Of a DNA stretch of 34,020 bases, positions 9,787 through 18,630 are shown one piece after another; position 1 is the first letter of the stretch, and every line of letters begins with the position of its first letter. Under the pieces are notes generated by a model, which saw only the letters and a list, made by a program, of their open reading frames with translations, had not been told where the DNA came from and made no database searches. The stretch is from Actinomycetota bacterium (GTDB lineage Bacteria > Actinomycetota > Humimicrobiia > Humimicrobiales > Humimicrobiaceae). A program made the position numbers and the translations under genes. The stretch is from contig JAGYOJ010000001.1 of the NCBI GenBank assembly GCA_018399435.1, positions 1 through 34,020 on the forward strand, in the 5' to 3' direction.

Positions 9787-10866
9787 CTATACCCCTAATT
9801 TTTCAATTTTCTTTTCTTCATCTTCAACTTTTAGGGAATCTATTAGCTCTGAAAGGTCCCCCTCTAAAACATCATTAAGTTTATATAAGGTTAAATTAAT
9901 CCTGTGGTCTGTAATTCTTCCCTGGGGATAATTATAAGTCCTGATTCTTTCGCTTCTGTCTCCGCTGCCAATTTGCATTCTCCTATTTTTAGTCTGCTCA
10001 TCCGTCTGCTTTTGTTCTTCAATCTCTTTAATCCTGGTCCTTAAAATCCTAAATGCTTTTTCCTTATTCTGTAGCTGTGACTTTTCATCCTGGCAGCTTA
10101 CTGTAATGCCGGTTGGGACATGGGTAAGCCTTACTGCAGAATCTGTAGTATTTACTGATTGCCCTCCAGGGCCGCTTGACCTAAATACATCTACCCTTAC
10201 ATCCTGCGGCTCGATATTTACTTCTACGTCCTCGGCCTCAGGCAGCACGGCAACAGTTGCCGTAGAGGTATGTATTCTCCCCCCGGATTCGGTAACAGGT
10301 ATTCTCTGGACTCTATGGACTCCAGACTCATACTTCATAATCCCATATACATTCTTGCCTTCAATACTAAAAATTATTTCCTTAAATCCCCCAATGCCCA
10401 AGCTGCTTGAGCTTAATACATCGTGCTTCCAGTCTTTACTGTCTGCAAACTTTGTATACATCCTACATAGGTCCTCTGCAAAAAGGGCTGCTTCATCGCC
10501 ACCAGCCCCAGCCCTTATTTCTATTATTGAATTCTTTTTGTCATTTGGGTCCTTTGGAGTCATAAGAATCTTTAATCTTTTTTCAAGCCTGCTTTTTCCC
10601 TTTTCATTCTTTTCAAGCTCTTCTTCTAAAAATTCCTTCATCTCTTCATCTTCTTCTGAAGAAATCATTTCTTCAGCTTCTTTTATTGAAGTAATCAATT
10701 CCCTGTACTTTTTTGCAGCCTTTACTAAATCCTCTAATTCTGAGGCTAATTTCCCATATTTCTTAATTTTAATTGGATTCTGTGTAACTTCAGAATCAGA
10801 CAATTTCCCCATTACTTTTTTATATTTATCTTCATATATCTTCAATTTTTCTAATAAATTTGCCAT
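9787..10866 (-). CDS. prfA: Peptide chain release factor 1
   Basis: 359 aa with the GGQ motif ([11 protein letters not shown]) and the RF1-type P-x-T tripeptide (PVT in RIPVTES) rather than the RF2 SPF. No frameshift site. Confidence 0.97.
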   Translation of the reverse strand: MANLLEKLKIYEDKYKKVMGKLSDSEVTQNPIKIKKYGKLASELEDLVKAAKKYRELITSIKEAEEMISSEEDEEMKEFLEEELEKNEKGKSRLEKRLKILMTPKDPNDKKNSIIEIRAGAGGDEAALFAEDLCRMYTKFADSKDWKHDVLSSSSLGIGGFKEIIFSIEGKNVYGIMKYESGVHRVQRIPVTESGGRIHTSTATVAVLPEAEDVEVNIEPQDVRVDVFRSSGPGGQSVNTTDSAVRLTHVPTGITVSCQDEKSQLQNKEKAFRILRTRIKEIEEQKQTDEQTKNRRMQIGSGDRSERIRTYNYPQGRITDHRINLTLYKLNDVLEGDLSELIDSLKVEDEEKKIEKLGV

Positions 10867-10870
10867 ATTA

Positions 10871-11788
10871 TCATCCTGTTTTATCCAAATTATTTTCTTT
10901 TTCTAACTTTTCTTCTGCTTCTAGTACTTCTTTAAAAGATTCTATTGCAACTTCTAATTGTTCTTCATCAGGCTCCCTGGTAGTTAATTTCTGCAGGAGC
11001 AGGCCCGGGTAAAAAATTATGTTTACAATTTTATACTTATTAAATTTCCCTGCAAGTTTTATAAGCTCATAAGAAATCCCCGAAATAACAGGAATTAATA
11101 AAACCCTTGAAACAATACGCCAAAGTAGCGGCGGTTTTCCTAAAAGGGCAAATACAAATATTGCTACAAACATAACTATAAGCAAAAAGCTTGTGCCGCA
11201 TCTAACATGGAGCCTCCCATATTTTTTTACCTTTTCCGGCACTAACTCTTCATTGGACTCATAAGCTTGTATTGTTTTATGTTCTGCCCCATGGTACTGG
11301 AATACCCTTTTTATGTCTTTTATAAAAGAAATTATTATAATATAGCCAAGAAAAAAGCCAAGCCTTACAAGGCCCTCTAAAAGATTGTAAATAAAAGAAT
11401 TTGGAAAATATTCGCTAAAACTCCGGCCAATGAGGGTTGGCAATATAAAAAAAACGCCGACCGCAAATATCACTGCTAAAATAATTGATATTGCCATCTC
11501 TTTTTTAGAAAATTCAATTTCTTCTTCAGTGGCTTCATTCACTGAATAGCTTAAAGCCCTAAACCCTAAGGCCATTGTTTCTATAAGGGTAGCAACCCCC
11601 CTTATGAATATAAATCCTAAAAACCTATGTTTTTCAGATAATGGTTTCAGCTTATAAACTTTAGTTGATATTGTCTTGTCAGGCTTTCTAACTGCCAGGG
11701 ACCAGAAATGCTTGCTTTTCATCATTACGCCCTCAATAACAGCTTGGCCGCCTATTTGGCATTTATTTTTATCATTCATAAAAATCAC
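10871..11788 (-). CDS. DUF1385 (YqhQ-like) membrane protein
   Basis: N-terminal [21 protein letters not shown] and CGTSFL blocks are typical of DUF1385. It is commonly linked to rpmE/prfA/prmC. The start may be the ATG at 11779 instead of the GTG at 11788. Confidence 0.8.
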   Translation of the reverse strand: MIFMNDKNKCQIGGQAVIEGVMMKSKHFWSLAVRKPDKTISTKVYKLKPLSEKHRFLGFIFIRGVATLIETMALGFRALSYSVNEATEEEIEFSKKEMAISIILAVIFAVGVFFILPTLIGRSFSEYFPNSFIYNLLEGLVRLGFFLGYIIIISFIKDIKRVFQYHGAEHKTIQAYESNEELVPEKVKKYGRLHVRCGTSFLLIVMFVAIFVFALLGKPPLLWRIVSRVLLIPVISGISYELIKLAGKFNKYKIVNIIFYPGLLLQKLTTREPDEEQLEVAIESFKEVLEAEEKLEKENNLDKTG

Positions 11789-11838
11789 TTAATTTCAGAT
11801 AGTTTCATATCTATATTTACAATCTATTCAAGGGCTAC

Positions 11839-12150
11839 TTAAAAAAATAGCCCTGCACTAGAGAATATATGTCTATTTTTACTATTAGGGCTTACCCATT
11901 TATCATATAAAGCATGTATATTGCTAATTACATTGCCATGGATTAATTTCTTAGAAATGCTTTTAAGTGAAAAACTGGCATCCCTATCTTGAGAAACATT
12001 ACCTATTCGAATAATAAACTTTACTAATTTATCAATCCCTTTTCTGCCTGCCGCTTTATTTAACTGCCCTAATCCTATTATTGGATAAAACTTATCAGCC
12101 AAAATAGCCATTTCGGGCCCGCTATAAAGCCTTAATAGTTTTAAATTCAT
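11839..12150 (-). CDS. Hypothetical small basic protein (103 aa), no family recognised
   Basis: It is the only long ORF in this gap. Its ATG overlaps the rpmE stop as ATGA (12150-12147), suggesting translational coupling. By my count it has 16 K+R against 6 D+E. I recognise no motif. Confidence 0.45.
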   Translation of the reverse strand: MNLKLLRLYSGPEMAILADKFYPIIGLGQLNKAAGRKGIDKLVKFIIRIGNVSQDRDASFSLKSISKKLIHGNVISNIHALYDKWVSPNSKNRHIFSSAGLFF

Positions 12151-12359
12151 TTTTTATTCTTTTTTTTGCCCAGTCGCTTCTTAAATCTTTCTACCCTACC
12201 ACCAGAATCTACTAATTTTTGTTTACCTGTATAAAAAGGATGGCAATTTGAACAAATTTCCACCTTTAAATTTTCCTGTGTGGATTTTGTTTTAAAAGTA
12301 TTGCCACACGAACAAGTAACAGTGCATTCCATATAATCTGGATGTATACCTTTTTTCAT
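12147..12359 (-). CDS. rpmE: 50S ribosomal protein L31 (Zn-ribbon, type A)
   Basis: MKKGIHPDY start with SD AGAGGTG 7 nt upstream. It has the CxC and CxxC pairs (CSCGN ... [10 protein letters not shown]). The upstream 24 codons in the ORF track are hydrophobic and not L31-like. Confidence 0.93.
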   Translation of the reverse strand: MKKGIHPDYMECTVTCSCGNTFKTKSTQENLKVEICSNCHPFYTGKQKLVDSGGRVERFKKRLGKKKNKK

Positions 12360-12442
12360 CACAAAACACCTCTTTTTATTTATACTCAAGGAAAGAATGA
12401 TACCATAAATGAATATAACAGTAAATAACAATTAAAAATTGC

Positions 12443-13828
12443 TTATAGGGCCTTTTTATTGTTCTGGAAACTTGCCTTTAAAGCATTTAAGAAGTCCTTG
12501 TTTGTTTTGGTTTTCTTTGTATAGTCTATTAATTGTTTAATAGCTACTTCAGGTTCCTTTTCATGTATGATTCTTCTGAGTTTCCAAACCAGGCTGGCTT
12601 CTTCTTTATCCATAAGCAATTCTTCTTTTCTGGTACCTGATTTGTTTACGTCAATCGCAGGGAAAATTCTTTTGTCTGCCAAAGACCTGTCAAGTTTTAA
12701 TTCCATATTTCCAGTGCCCTTAAACTCTTCAAATATTACATCATCCATCCTGCTGCCAGTTTCAATAAGCGCTGTAGCCAGTATGGTTAAACTGCCTCCA
12801 TGCTCAATATTTCTAGCCGCTCCAAAGAAACTTTTTGGCGGGAATAGCGCTGTTGAATCAACGCCGCCTGATAGCACTCTGCCGCTTGCAGGAATAGATA
12901 AATTATAAGCCCTGGCAAGCCTTGTTATACTGTCCAATAGGATTAATATGTCATTGCCATGTTCAACTAGCCTTTTTGCCCTTTGCAAAACTAATTCTGA
13001 AACCTGGATATGGTTATCTGAAGGCTGGTCAAAAGTAGAGCTAATTACTTCGCCCCTAACAGACCTTTCCATATCAGTTACCTCTTCAGGCCTTTCATCA
13101 ACCAGCAATACAATAATATGGACTTCCGGATTATTTATTGCCACGCTATTTGCAATCTCTTTTAATATAGTAGTTTTCCCAGCTTTAGGAGGAGAAACTA
13201 TGAGGCCCCTCTGCCCCTTCCCTATAGGGGCTACTAAATCTATTACTCTTGGGGCAATATTTTCCGGTTTTGTCTCCAATCTCAGCCTATCTAATGGATA
13301 GATTGGAGTTAAAGTCTCAAAAGGCGCCCTTTTCCTAATATACTCTGGATCGCCGCCATTAACTTTTTCTATCCTAATCAAAGCATTGTATTTCTCATTA
13401 TCTTTGGGGGGTCTTACCTGCCCGTAAACTTCGTCTCCCTGCCTCAGCCTAAACCTTCTAATCTGGGACTGGGAAACATAAATATCATTTGCGCCCGGGA
13501 GATAACTGTTCACCCTTAAAAATCCATAGCCATCATTTAAAATATCCAGGATTCCTTGCATATTTTTCTCATATACTTCCAGTTCCTTGGTTTTCCCATC
13601 ATTTTTAATAACTTTTTTCTCTACAGCTAAGCCATTTTTCATTTTTTTAGAGCTGCTATCTTCTTCTTTCTTAGAGTCATCCCCGTCATCTGAAACCACT
13701 TCAATTATTTTTTCTATCAATTCACCTTTATTTAGCTTGGAGAAGCCACCAATTTCTAAGTCTTTAGCTATTTCCTTTAGTTCATCTAATTTTTTATCAT
13801 TTAATAATTCTTTATTTATTCCATTCAT
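12443..13828 (-). CDS. rho: Transcription termination factor Rho
   Basis: 461 aa. It has a Rho_N domain ([29 protein letters not shown]), a CSD block (GYGFLR ... [17 protein letters not shown]), the P-loop SPPKAGKT and the C-terminal [10 protein letters not shown]. Confidence 0.97.
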   Translation of the reverse strand: MNGINKELLNDKKLDELKEIAKDLEIGGFSKLNKGELIEKIIEVVSDDGDDSKKEEDSSSKKMKNGLAVEKKVIKNDGKTKELEVYEKNMQGILDILNDGYGFLRVNSYLPGANDIYVSQSQIRRFRLRQGDEVYGQVRPPKDNEKYNALIRIEKVNGGDPEYIRKRAPFETLTPIYPLDRLRLETKPENIAPRVIDLVAPIGKGQRGLIVSPPKAGKTTILKEIANSVAINNPEVHIIVLLVDERPEEVTDMERSVRGEVISSTFDQPSDNHIQVSELVLQRAKRLVEHGNDILILLDSITRLARAYNLSIPASGRVLSGGVDSTALFPPKSFFGAARNIEHGGSLTILATALIETGSRMDDVIFEEFKGTGNMELKLDRSLADKRIFPAIDVNKSGTRKEELLMDKEEASLVWKLRRIIHEKEPEVAIKQLIDYTKKTKTNKDFLNALKASFQNNKKAL

Positions 13829-14093
13829 TATAATGTATACCTTTCATCTAAAAACGACATAAGTTTTTTCATATATTTGTAAATTTGCATACTTAAGGCC
13901 TCTAAAGCAGCAAAGTAAAAAAAGAGATTAATCAGACTGTAAGGGTACTTGCAATAACCACACTAATTATCACCACTTTTTGAAAAACACATAAAAATAT
14001 GAAGAAAAATCATTGTTATCTTATTTGTATAAATATTTGTATAAATTGTAGTAATGATGATATATGTAAATTGTTAAAAAATCAAGCAATTTC

Positions 14094-14126
14094 TTGCCAG
14101 GGCAATTTTATTAATTGCCCTAGCAA
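14094..14126 (-). terminator. Strong hairpin downstream of trpB2 (probable terminator)
   Basis: 14-bp stem with a 5-nt loop. It is fully paired on the minus-strand RNA (one G-U pair) but gives a C-A mismatch on the plus strand. A U6 run starts 12 nt past the stem, so it is not a textbook intrinsic terminator. Confidence 0.45.
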
Positions 14127-14140
14127 TTTGTAGAGGTTCC

Positions 14141-15493
14141 CTAGAATTTAGGAAGCTGCTCTAGAGATTCTTTTATCTTCTCATCCGGATATTCATAATC
14201 TTCCAGTTTACCGTCTAGATATTTCTCATAAGAGCCCAAATCAAAATGCCCATGCCCGCTGAAATTAAAGGCAATTACTTTTTCTTCTCCTGTTTCCTTG
14301 CATTTTAAAGCTTCGTCAATAGTTGCCTTAATTGCATGTGCAGTTTCTGGAGCTGGTATTATTCCTTCAGTTTTTGAGAATATTATTGCTGCTTCAAAAA
14401 CTGGATTCTGCAGCAATGCTTCTGCTTCTATTAATTTTTCATTGCAAAGCAGACTTAACTGAGGAGCCATTCCATGATACCTCAAGCCTCCTGAATGTAT
14501 CGGAGCAGGAACAAAATCATGACCCAGAGTATACATCTTGGCAATAGGCGCCATCTTTGCAGTATCACCATAATCATATGCAAATGGGCCTTTGGTAAGA
14601 GTTGGGCAAGCTATAGGTTCTACAGCTAATATCTTGATATCCTTCCCACCAAACTTGTCAGGCATAAATGGGAAAGCAAAACCTGCAAAATTGCTTCCTC
14701 CGCCCACACAGCCTATTAAAACATCAGGATATAAATCTACTTTTTCAAATTGCTTCTTTGTTTCCAATCCTATTACTGTCTGGTGAAGCAAAACATGGTT
14801 TAGTACGCTTCCAAGCGAATAATTTGTATTATCATCCTGAACAGCTTTTTCAACTGCTTCGCTTATAGCCATCCCCAGGCTTCCTGAGCAATTTGGATCT
14901 TTTTCTAATAAAGCTCTTCCTGATTCAGTCCTATCAGAAGGTGAAGCATAAACATCTGCTCCCCATACCCTCATCATTGTTTTCCTGTATGGCTTCTGCT
15001 CATAGCTAATCCTTACCATATAAACTTCCAGGTCCATACCCAGCATATTAGTCGCAAATGCTAAAGCACTGCCCCATTGGCCTGCTCCAGTTTCAGTAGT
15101 CAACTTTTTAATGCCCTGCTTTTTATTATAATAAGCCTGGGCCACTGCAGTATTTGGTTTATGGCTTCCTGGAGGGCTAACACTTTCATTCTTATAGAAA
15201 ATCTTCGCAGGAGTATCTAAATACTCTTCTAGATTCTTTGCCCTCACTAGAGGCGTAGGCCTCCAAATTGAGTAAATCTCCAAAAGCTCCTCTGGTATTT
15301 TAATAAACCTCTCCTGGCTTACCTCCTGCATTATAAGTTCCATCGGGAACATTATAGAAAGATCTTCAGGGGTTAAAGGCTTCCCAGTTTTTGGATGCAG
15401 TGGAGGATCTAATGGCTTTGGAAGATCCGGGTTTATATTATACCACTGTTTGGGTATCTCGCTTTCTGATAATAATATTTTTTTACTAGTCAT
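14141..15493 (-). CDS. trpB: TrpB2-type (long, stand-alone) tryptophan synthase beta-like PLP enzyme
   Basis: 450 aa with the TrpB2-style N-terminal extension ([22 protein letters not shown]), PLP-lysine block GSHKPNTA and C-terminal GHGHFD. SD GGAG lies upstream. No trpA in the window. Confidence 0.9.
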   Translation of the reverse strand: MTSKKILLSESEIPKQWYNINPDLPKPLDPPLHPKTGKPLTPEDLSIMFPMELIMQEVSQERFIKIPEELLEIYSIWRPTPLVRAKNLEEYLDTPAKIFYKNESVSPPGSHKPNTAVAQAYYNKKQGIKKLTTETGAGQWGSALAFATNMLGMDLEVYMVRISYEQKPYRKTMMRVWGADVYASPSDRTESGRALLEKDPNCSGSLGMAISEAVEKAVQDDNTNYSLGSVLNHVLLHQTVIGLETKKQFEKVDLYPDVLIGCVGGGSNFAGFAFPFMPDKFGGKDIKILAVEPIACPTLTKGPFAYDYGDTAKMAPIAKMYTLGHDFVPAPIHSGGLRYHGMAPQLSLLCNEKLIEAEALLQNPVFEAAIIFSKTEGIIPAPETAHAIKATIDEALKCKETGEEKVIAFNFSGHGHFDLGSYEKYLDGKLEDYEYPDEKIKESLEQLPKF

Positions 15494-15522
15494 TTGTTCT
15501 CCTTTCTAAAATTTTCATAAAT

Positions 15523-15564
15523 AAAAAAACCTCTCAATCTCTAAACTAATATAGAGACGAGAGG
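15523..15564 (-). terminator. Intrinsic terminator of the T-box leader
   Basis: The minus-strand RNA reads CCUCUCGUCUCUA-UAUUAGUU-UAGAGAUUGAGAGG followed by U7. Its 5' arm overlaps the 3' half of the antiterminator. Confidence 0.85.
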
Positions 15565-15794
15565 TAAATTCTCGCGGTGCCACTCTATTTTATGGAAAAC
15601 AGTTTTCCATACGCTCTTTCGGATATGCTTTATATCCTATCCCATGGTAACGGAGGAATGCCGTCCTAACCTACTTTCTAATGTTTCGGCTAGGCGCCTC
15701 ACAGACCCATTCAGTTGCAAGCATTGCAACCACTTTCTCACCAAATAGTGGTTCTCTGTATGCAGCTTTGCACTTACTATTTCTGCTCAAAGGC
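15523..15794 (-). promoter_or_regulatory. T-box riboswitch leader, tryptophan-specific (specifier UGG)
   Basis: On the minus strand I can place the stem I base with GA/K-turn motifs (UGA...UGA) and the AGUA/GAA S-turn flanking specifier UGG (15709-15707). Also present are the AGAGA bulge, the distal loop, F-box CCGUUA (15653-15648) and stem III hairpins. The T-box core is AGAGUGGCACCGCGAG (15586-15571). The antiterminator has a 7-nt bulge UGGCACC and competes with the terminator. Confidence 0.88.
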
Positions 15795-15847
15795 TTTAAT
15801 GGCTATTAAATTTTCAAATTAACTCATTAGATGGAAAATATTAGCAC

Positions 15848-15856
15848 ATTGTAACA
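15848..15856 (-). promoter_or_regulatory. Candidate extended -10 promoter (TGtTACAAT) for the T-box/trpB2 transcript
   Basis: Minus-strand TGTTACAAT lies about 50 nt upstream of the stem I base. The -35 region is poor. Confidence 0.3.
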
Positions 15857-15880
15857 ATTTTGTCTAATTATTTTTCAGCC

Positions 15881-15908
15881 TGATGGTCCACATAAAAGTG
15901 AACCATCA
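15881..15908 (-). terminator. Hairpin just downstream of sppA (weak terminator or insulator candidate)
   Basis: 11-bp stem (UGAUGGUUCAC/GUGGACCAUCA) with a 6-nt loop. It is fully paired only on the minus-strand RNA (G-U pair versus C-A on plus). No U-tail follows. Confidence 0.3.
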
Positions 15909-15936
15909 ATAGGCCGCCTGTTAAGCAATTATTATT

Positions 15937-16896
15937 TTATCTAACTACATTTTTAGTTTCAAGCAAGTTTATTTGATCAAAGCCGATAGGCATATTTAAT
16001 TGTTTTAATACCCCGCCCAAATAATACTGCATGAGCAAATCGTAAAAAGAAAATTTTTGTCCTGAAACTACAACTGGCTCTCCGGATATTCCCCCAAGCT
16101 CAGCTGCTAAGTTAATTGCATCTTTATAAGTGCCGATATCATCAATTAATCCCAGGCCAACTGCTTCAGACCCTAAATATATCCAGCCTGTTGCAAGCTC
16201 TTTTACTTTACCTGTGCTCATTTCTCTACTATCTGCAACATCAGCTATGAATTGGTCATATATCTTTTTTGTTTGCTCTTCTAAAAGACCTTTCTCTTCT
16301 GGTGTCATTTCCCTGCTTGAGCTTCCAATATCCTTGTATTTTCCCTGTTTTATGGTTGTGTATTCAATGCCTAATTTATCATAAAGGCCTTCAAGATTGG
16401 GTACCTGCATTATAACGCCAATGCTTCCCACAGATGAGGCAGGATTAGCAATTATTTTATCTGCAGCGCATGAAATATAATATGCCCCTGAAGCGCAGGT
16501 ATCGCTTACCGAAACCACGACTGGCTTGCCAAATTTCTTTAGCTCGCTATATATCTCTTGTGATGCTGCCGGGCTTCCCCCGGGGCTATTTACCCTTAAA
16601 AGAACCGCTTTTATATTTGGGCTTTTTTCTGCGGTATCCAATTGGGCTATAACTTGCCTTGGAGTAGTAGCGCCGCCACTTAACACCCCTGATTGCTGGC
16701 TTGCTGATATAATGCCCTCTATATTGATCTCATAAATGTTGCCCTGCCTGGAACCAGAACTGTAATTTAAGCCGCCGCTAATAAGGCCAAGGAAAAAACA
16801 TCCTCCAGAAAAAACAAATAATAGAGCTAAACAGCCTAAAACTATTCCTACTATCTTGCCTGTGCTCATTTTGTTTTTAGCCAAAATTTCTCCCAA
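15937..16896 (-). CDS. sppA: Signal peptide peptidase SppA, 36K (S49) type
   Basis: N-terminal TM segment, NSPGGS block, catalytic Ser context CASGAYY and Lys context GKYKD. The start is uncertain: TTG 16896, TTG 16884 or ATG 16869. Confidence 0.85.
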   Translation of the reverse strand: MGEILAKNKMSTGKIVGIVLGCLALLFVFSGGCFFLGLISGGLNYSSGSRQGNIYEINIEGIISASQQSGVLSGGATTPRQVIAQLDTAEKSPNIKAVLLRVNSPGGSPAASQEIYSELKKFGKPVVVSVSDTCASGAYYISCAADKIIANPASSVGSIGVIMQVPNLEGLYDKLGIEYTTIKQGKYKDIGSSSREMTPEEKGLLEEQTKKIYDQFIADVADSREMSTGKVKELATGWIYLGSEAVGLGLIDDIGTYKDAINLAAELGGISGEPVVVSGQKFSFYDLLMQYYLGGVLKQLNMPIGFDQINLLETKNVVR

Positions 16897-16956
16897 TATT
16901 TATTATTAACATTTATATATTAACAAAAAAGAGGCTTAATATCCTATAGAAAAAAT

Positions 16957-17706
16957 TTATAGCCCTTTTAGAAGGTTCCGTTTATGGAAAAAATTAGAAA
17001 GTATAATAAAAATAACAGCAAAAGCAATTAAAGCCAAAAAGTCAATTGCCAAGCTTATATCATGCTTGCCTTTAAGGCTGTAATTAAATATATCTACAAT
17101 ATAAGTTATAGGGGAAAAATAGGATAATATTCTAGCCCCAAGCGGCAGCTGGCTTATAGGCACAAAAATTCCGCTTATAAATATTAGCGGGAAACGCACA
17201 ATGCTTGAAAGCATCATTATATTAGAAGGATTTCTAGAAGACGGAGAAGCTAGAAATACTCCCATGGCAGAAAATACAAATGAAGCAATTAAGATGCCAA
17301 AAACAATAGTAATGATATTTATGCTATAGTTAAGTGTCAGGGCCCCGACAATAACAAGTATAAAATTTAGCCCCAGGCCAAAAACCATTCCAGCAATTGC
17401 ATCGCCAAATATAAGGGTGTTTGTAGTTACAGGAAATGAAAGAAGCCTTTCATAAGTTCCTGATGTTTTTTCCCATGGCGTAATTAAAGGACCCACAGAA
17501 GAGGAGGTAAAAAACAAAGACATTGCCAGAAACCCAGGAAAAAATTCATATAAATTAACTTCCCTTCCTAAAAGGAAAGCCAGAAACATAAAAAATGGGA
17601 ATAAAAGGCCAAAAATAATGACAGGCGGCTTAGAGTAATAAATCCTTATATTTTTTTCAGTAACTACTAATGTGCTTCTTATTGTTTGTTTAATTTTAAT
17701 CATCAC
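16957..17706 (-). CDS. ABC-2 type transporter permease
   Basis: 249 aa with about six hydrophobic helices. It overlaps the stop of the upstream ABC ATPase by 11 nt. Confidence 0.8.
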   Translation of the reverse strand: MMIKIKQTIRSTLVVTEKNIRIYYSKPPVIIFGLLFPFFMFLAFLLGREVNLYEFFPGFLAMSLFFTSSSVGPLITPWEKTSGTYERLLSFPVTTNTLIFGDAIAGMVFGLGLNFILVIVGALTLNYSINIITIVFGILIASFVFSAMGVFLASPSSRNPSNIMMLSSIVRFPLIFISGIFVPISQLPLGARILSYFSPITYIVDIFNYSLKGKHDISLAIDFLALIAFAVIFIILSNFFHKRNLLKGL

Positions 17707-18625
17707 TTTTTTTCTTAACCAATTCTATAAATACATCTTCAAGGCTAGCTTTAAGTATCTCTAAGCTAAGGATTACCAATTCTTTTTCTTCAGCATAATC
17801 TGTTAAGAATTTAACAACTTTATCCGGTGAATCTGTGTATAGCCTTAGCTTATCGCTAAAAATATCTACTTTATTAATGTTTTTATTATCCTTTAAACTC
17901 TTAGTATCAACTTCTTTATTAAAAGACACTAATACTGACTTTGTTCTTTCAATAGTGCTTCTTAATACCTCAGGCTTGTCAATTGCGGCAATTCTGCCAT
18001 TATTTATTATGCAAACCCTGTCACATAAAACATTTGCTTCTTCTATGTTATGGGTAGTTAAAAAAATTGTTGTTCCCAGTCCGTTCATATCTTTTATAAG
18101 TTTTTTTATAAGCCTTTGGCTTTGGACATCAAGGCCTGAAGTTGGTTCATCTAAAAAAAGTATTTTTGGATTGTGCACTATTGCGCAGGCTATGCTTATT
18201 CTTTGCTTCTGGCCTTTGGAAAATCCCCTGACTAAATCATTTCTTTTCTCATATAGGCCAAGCTCTTTTAACAAGTAATTAGCCCTGTTTATTAAATCTT
18301 TTTGTTTCATCCCATAAAATTTTCCTGAAAAAATTACATTCCTTAACGCTGACAAATCCAGGTATACATTTCCTGTTTCTGGTATAACCCCTATTTTTGA
18401 TTTTGCGGCAATGGGATTTTTTTTCATGTCAATTCCATCCAAAAGAGCAGAACCCCCATCAGGGAACAAAACGCCTGTAAGCATCCTGATAGTAGTGGTT
18501 TTGCCTGCTCCATTAGGGCCAAGAAAGCCAAAAATCTCCCCTTTTTTGACACTAAAACTTATGTCATCTACAGCAGTGAAACTATCAAATTTTTTAGTTA
18601 AAGACTTTGCTTCAATAATATCCAT
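17696..18625 (-). CDS. ABC transporter ATP-binding protein (DrrA/ABC-2 exporter type)
   Basis: Walker A GPNGAGKTT, signature SKGQKQR, Walker B LFLDEPTSGLD and H-loop TTHNIEE. I prefer the ATG at 18625 (MDIIEAK...) over the TTG at 18640, which would overlap thrB. Confidence 0.9.
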   Translation of the reverse strand: MDIIEAKSLTKKFDSFTAVDDISFSVKKGEIFGFLGPNGAGKTTTIRMLTGVLFPDGGSALLDGIDMKKNPIAAKSKIGVIPETGNVYLDLSALRNVIFSGKFYGMKQKDLINRANYLLKELGLYEKRNDLVRGFSKGQKQRISIACAIVHNPKILFLDEPTSGLDVQSQRLIKKLIKDMNGLGTTIFLTTHNIEEANVLCDRVCIINNGRIAAIDKPEVLRSTIERTKSVLVSFNKEVDTKSLKDNKNINKVDIFSDKLRLYTDSPDKVVKFLTDYAEEKELVILSLEILKASLEDVFIELVKKKSDD

Positions 18626-18630
18626 TTTAA

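Noticed and set aside
10106-10906. 266-aa plus-strand ORF antisense to prfA, and the many other 60-150-aa ORFs antisense to confidently identified genes (e.g. 468-788, 1205-1537, 2708-3097, 7115-7510, 9233-9637, 12948-13301, 17835-18278, 23034-23426, 32552-32968)
   Set aside because: They lie wholly inside genes with unmistakable family motifs on the opposite strand. Their products are low-complexity and Ser/Leu/Phe-rich, and they lack SD sequences. Such shadow ORFs arise because Lys/Glu/Asn-rich codons read in reverse avoid stop codons.
11831-11854. Hairpin AGGGCTA-10 nt-TAGCCCT spanning the stop codon of the 103-aa orphan ORF, considered as an intrinsic terminator
   Set aside because: On the transcribed (minus) strand the U-run lies inside the loop rather than after the stem. 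The downstream DUF1385/prfA/prmC genes would need read-through anyway, so I did not call a terminator.
12360-12431. 24-codon hydrophobic N-terminal extension of L31 ([24 protein letters not shown])
   Set aside because: L31 universally begins MK.GIHP. The ATG at 12359 has AGAGGTG 7 nt upstream, and the extension has no start signal.
14023-14046. Perfect tandem duplication of the 12-mer ATTTGTATAAAT in the rho upstream region
   Set aside because: Only two copies of very AT-rich sequence, most simply a replication-slippage duplication. It could overlap a promoter, but I could not assign a convincing -35/-10 pair to it.
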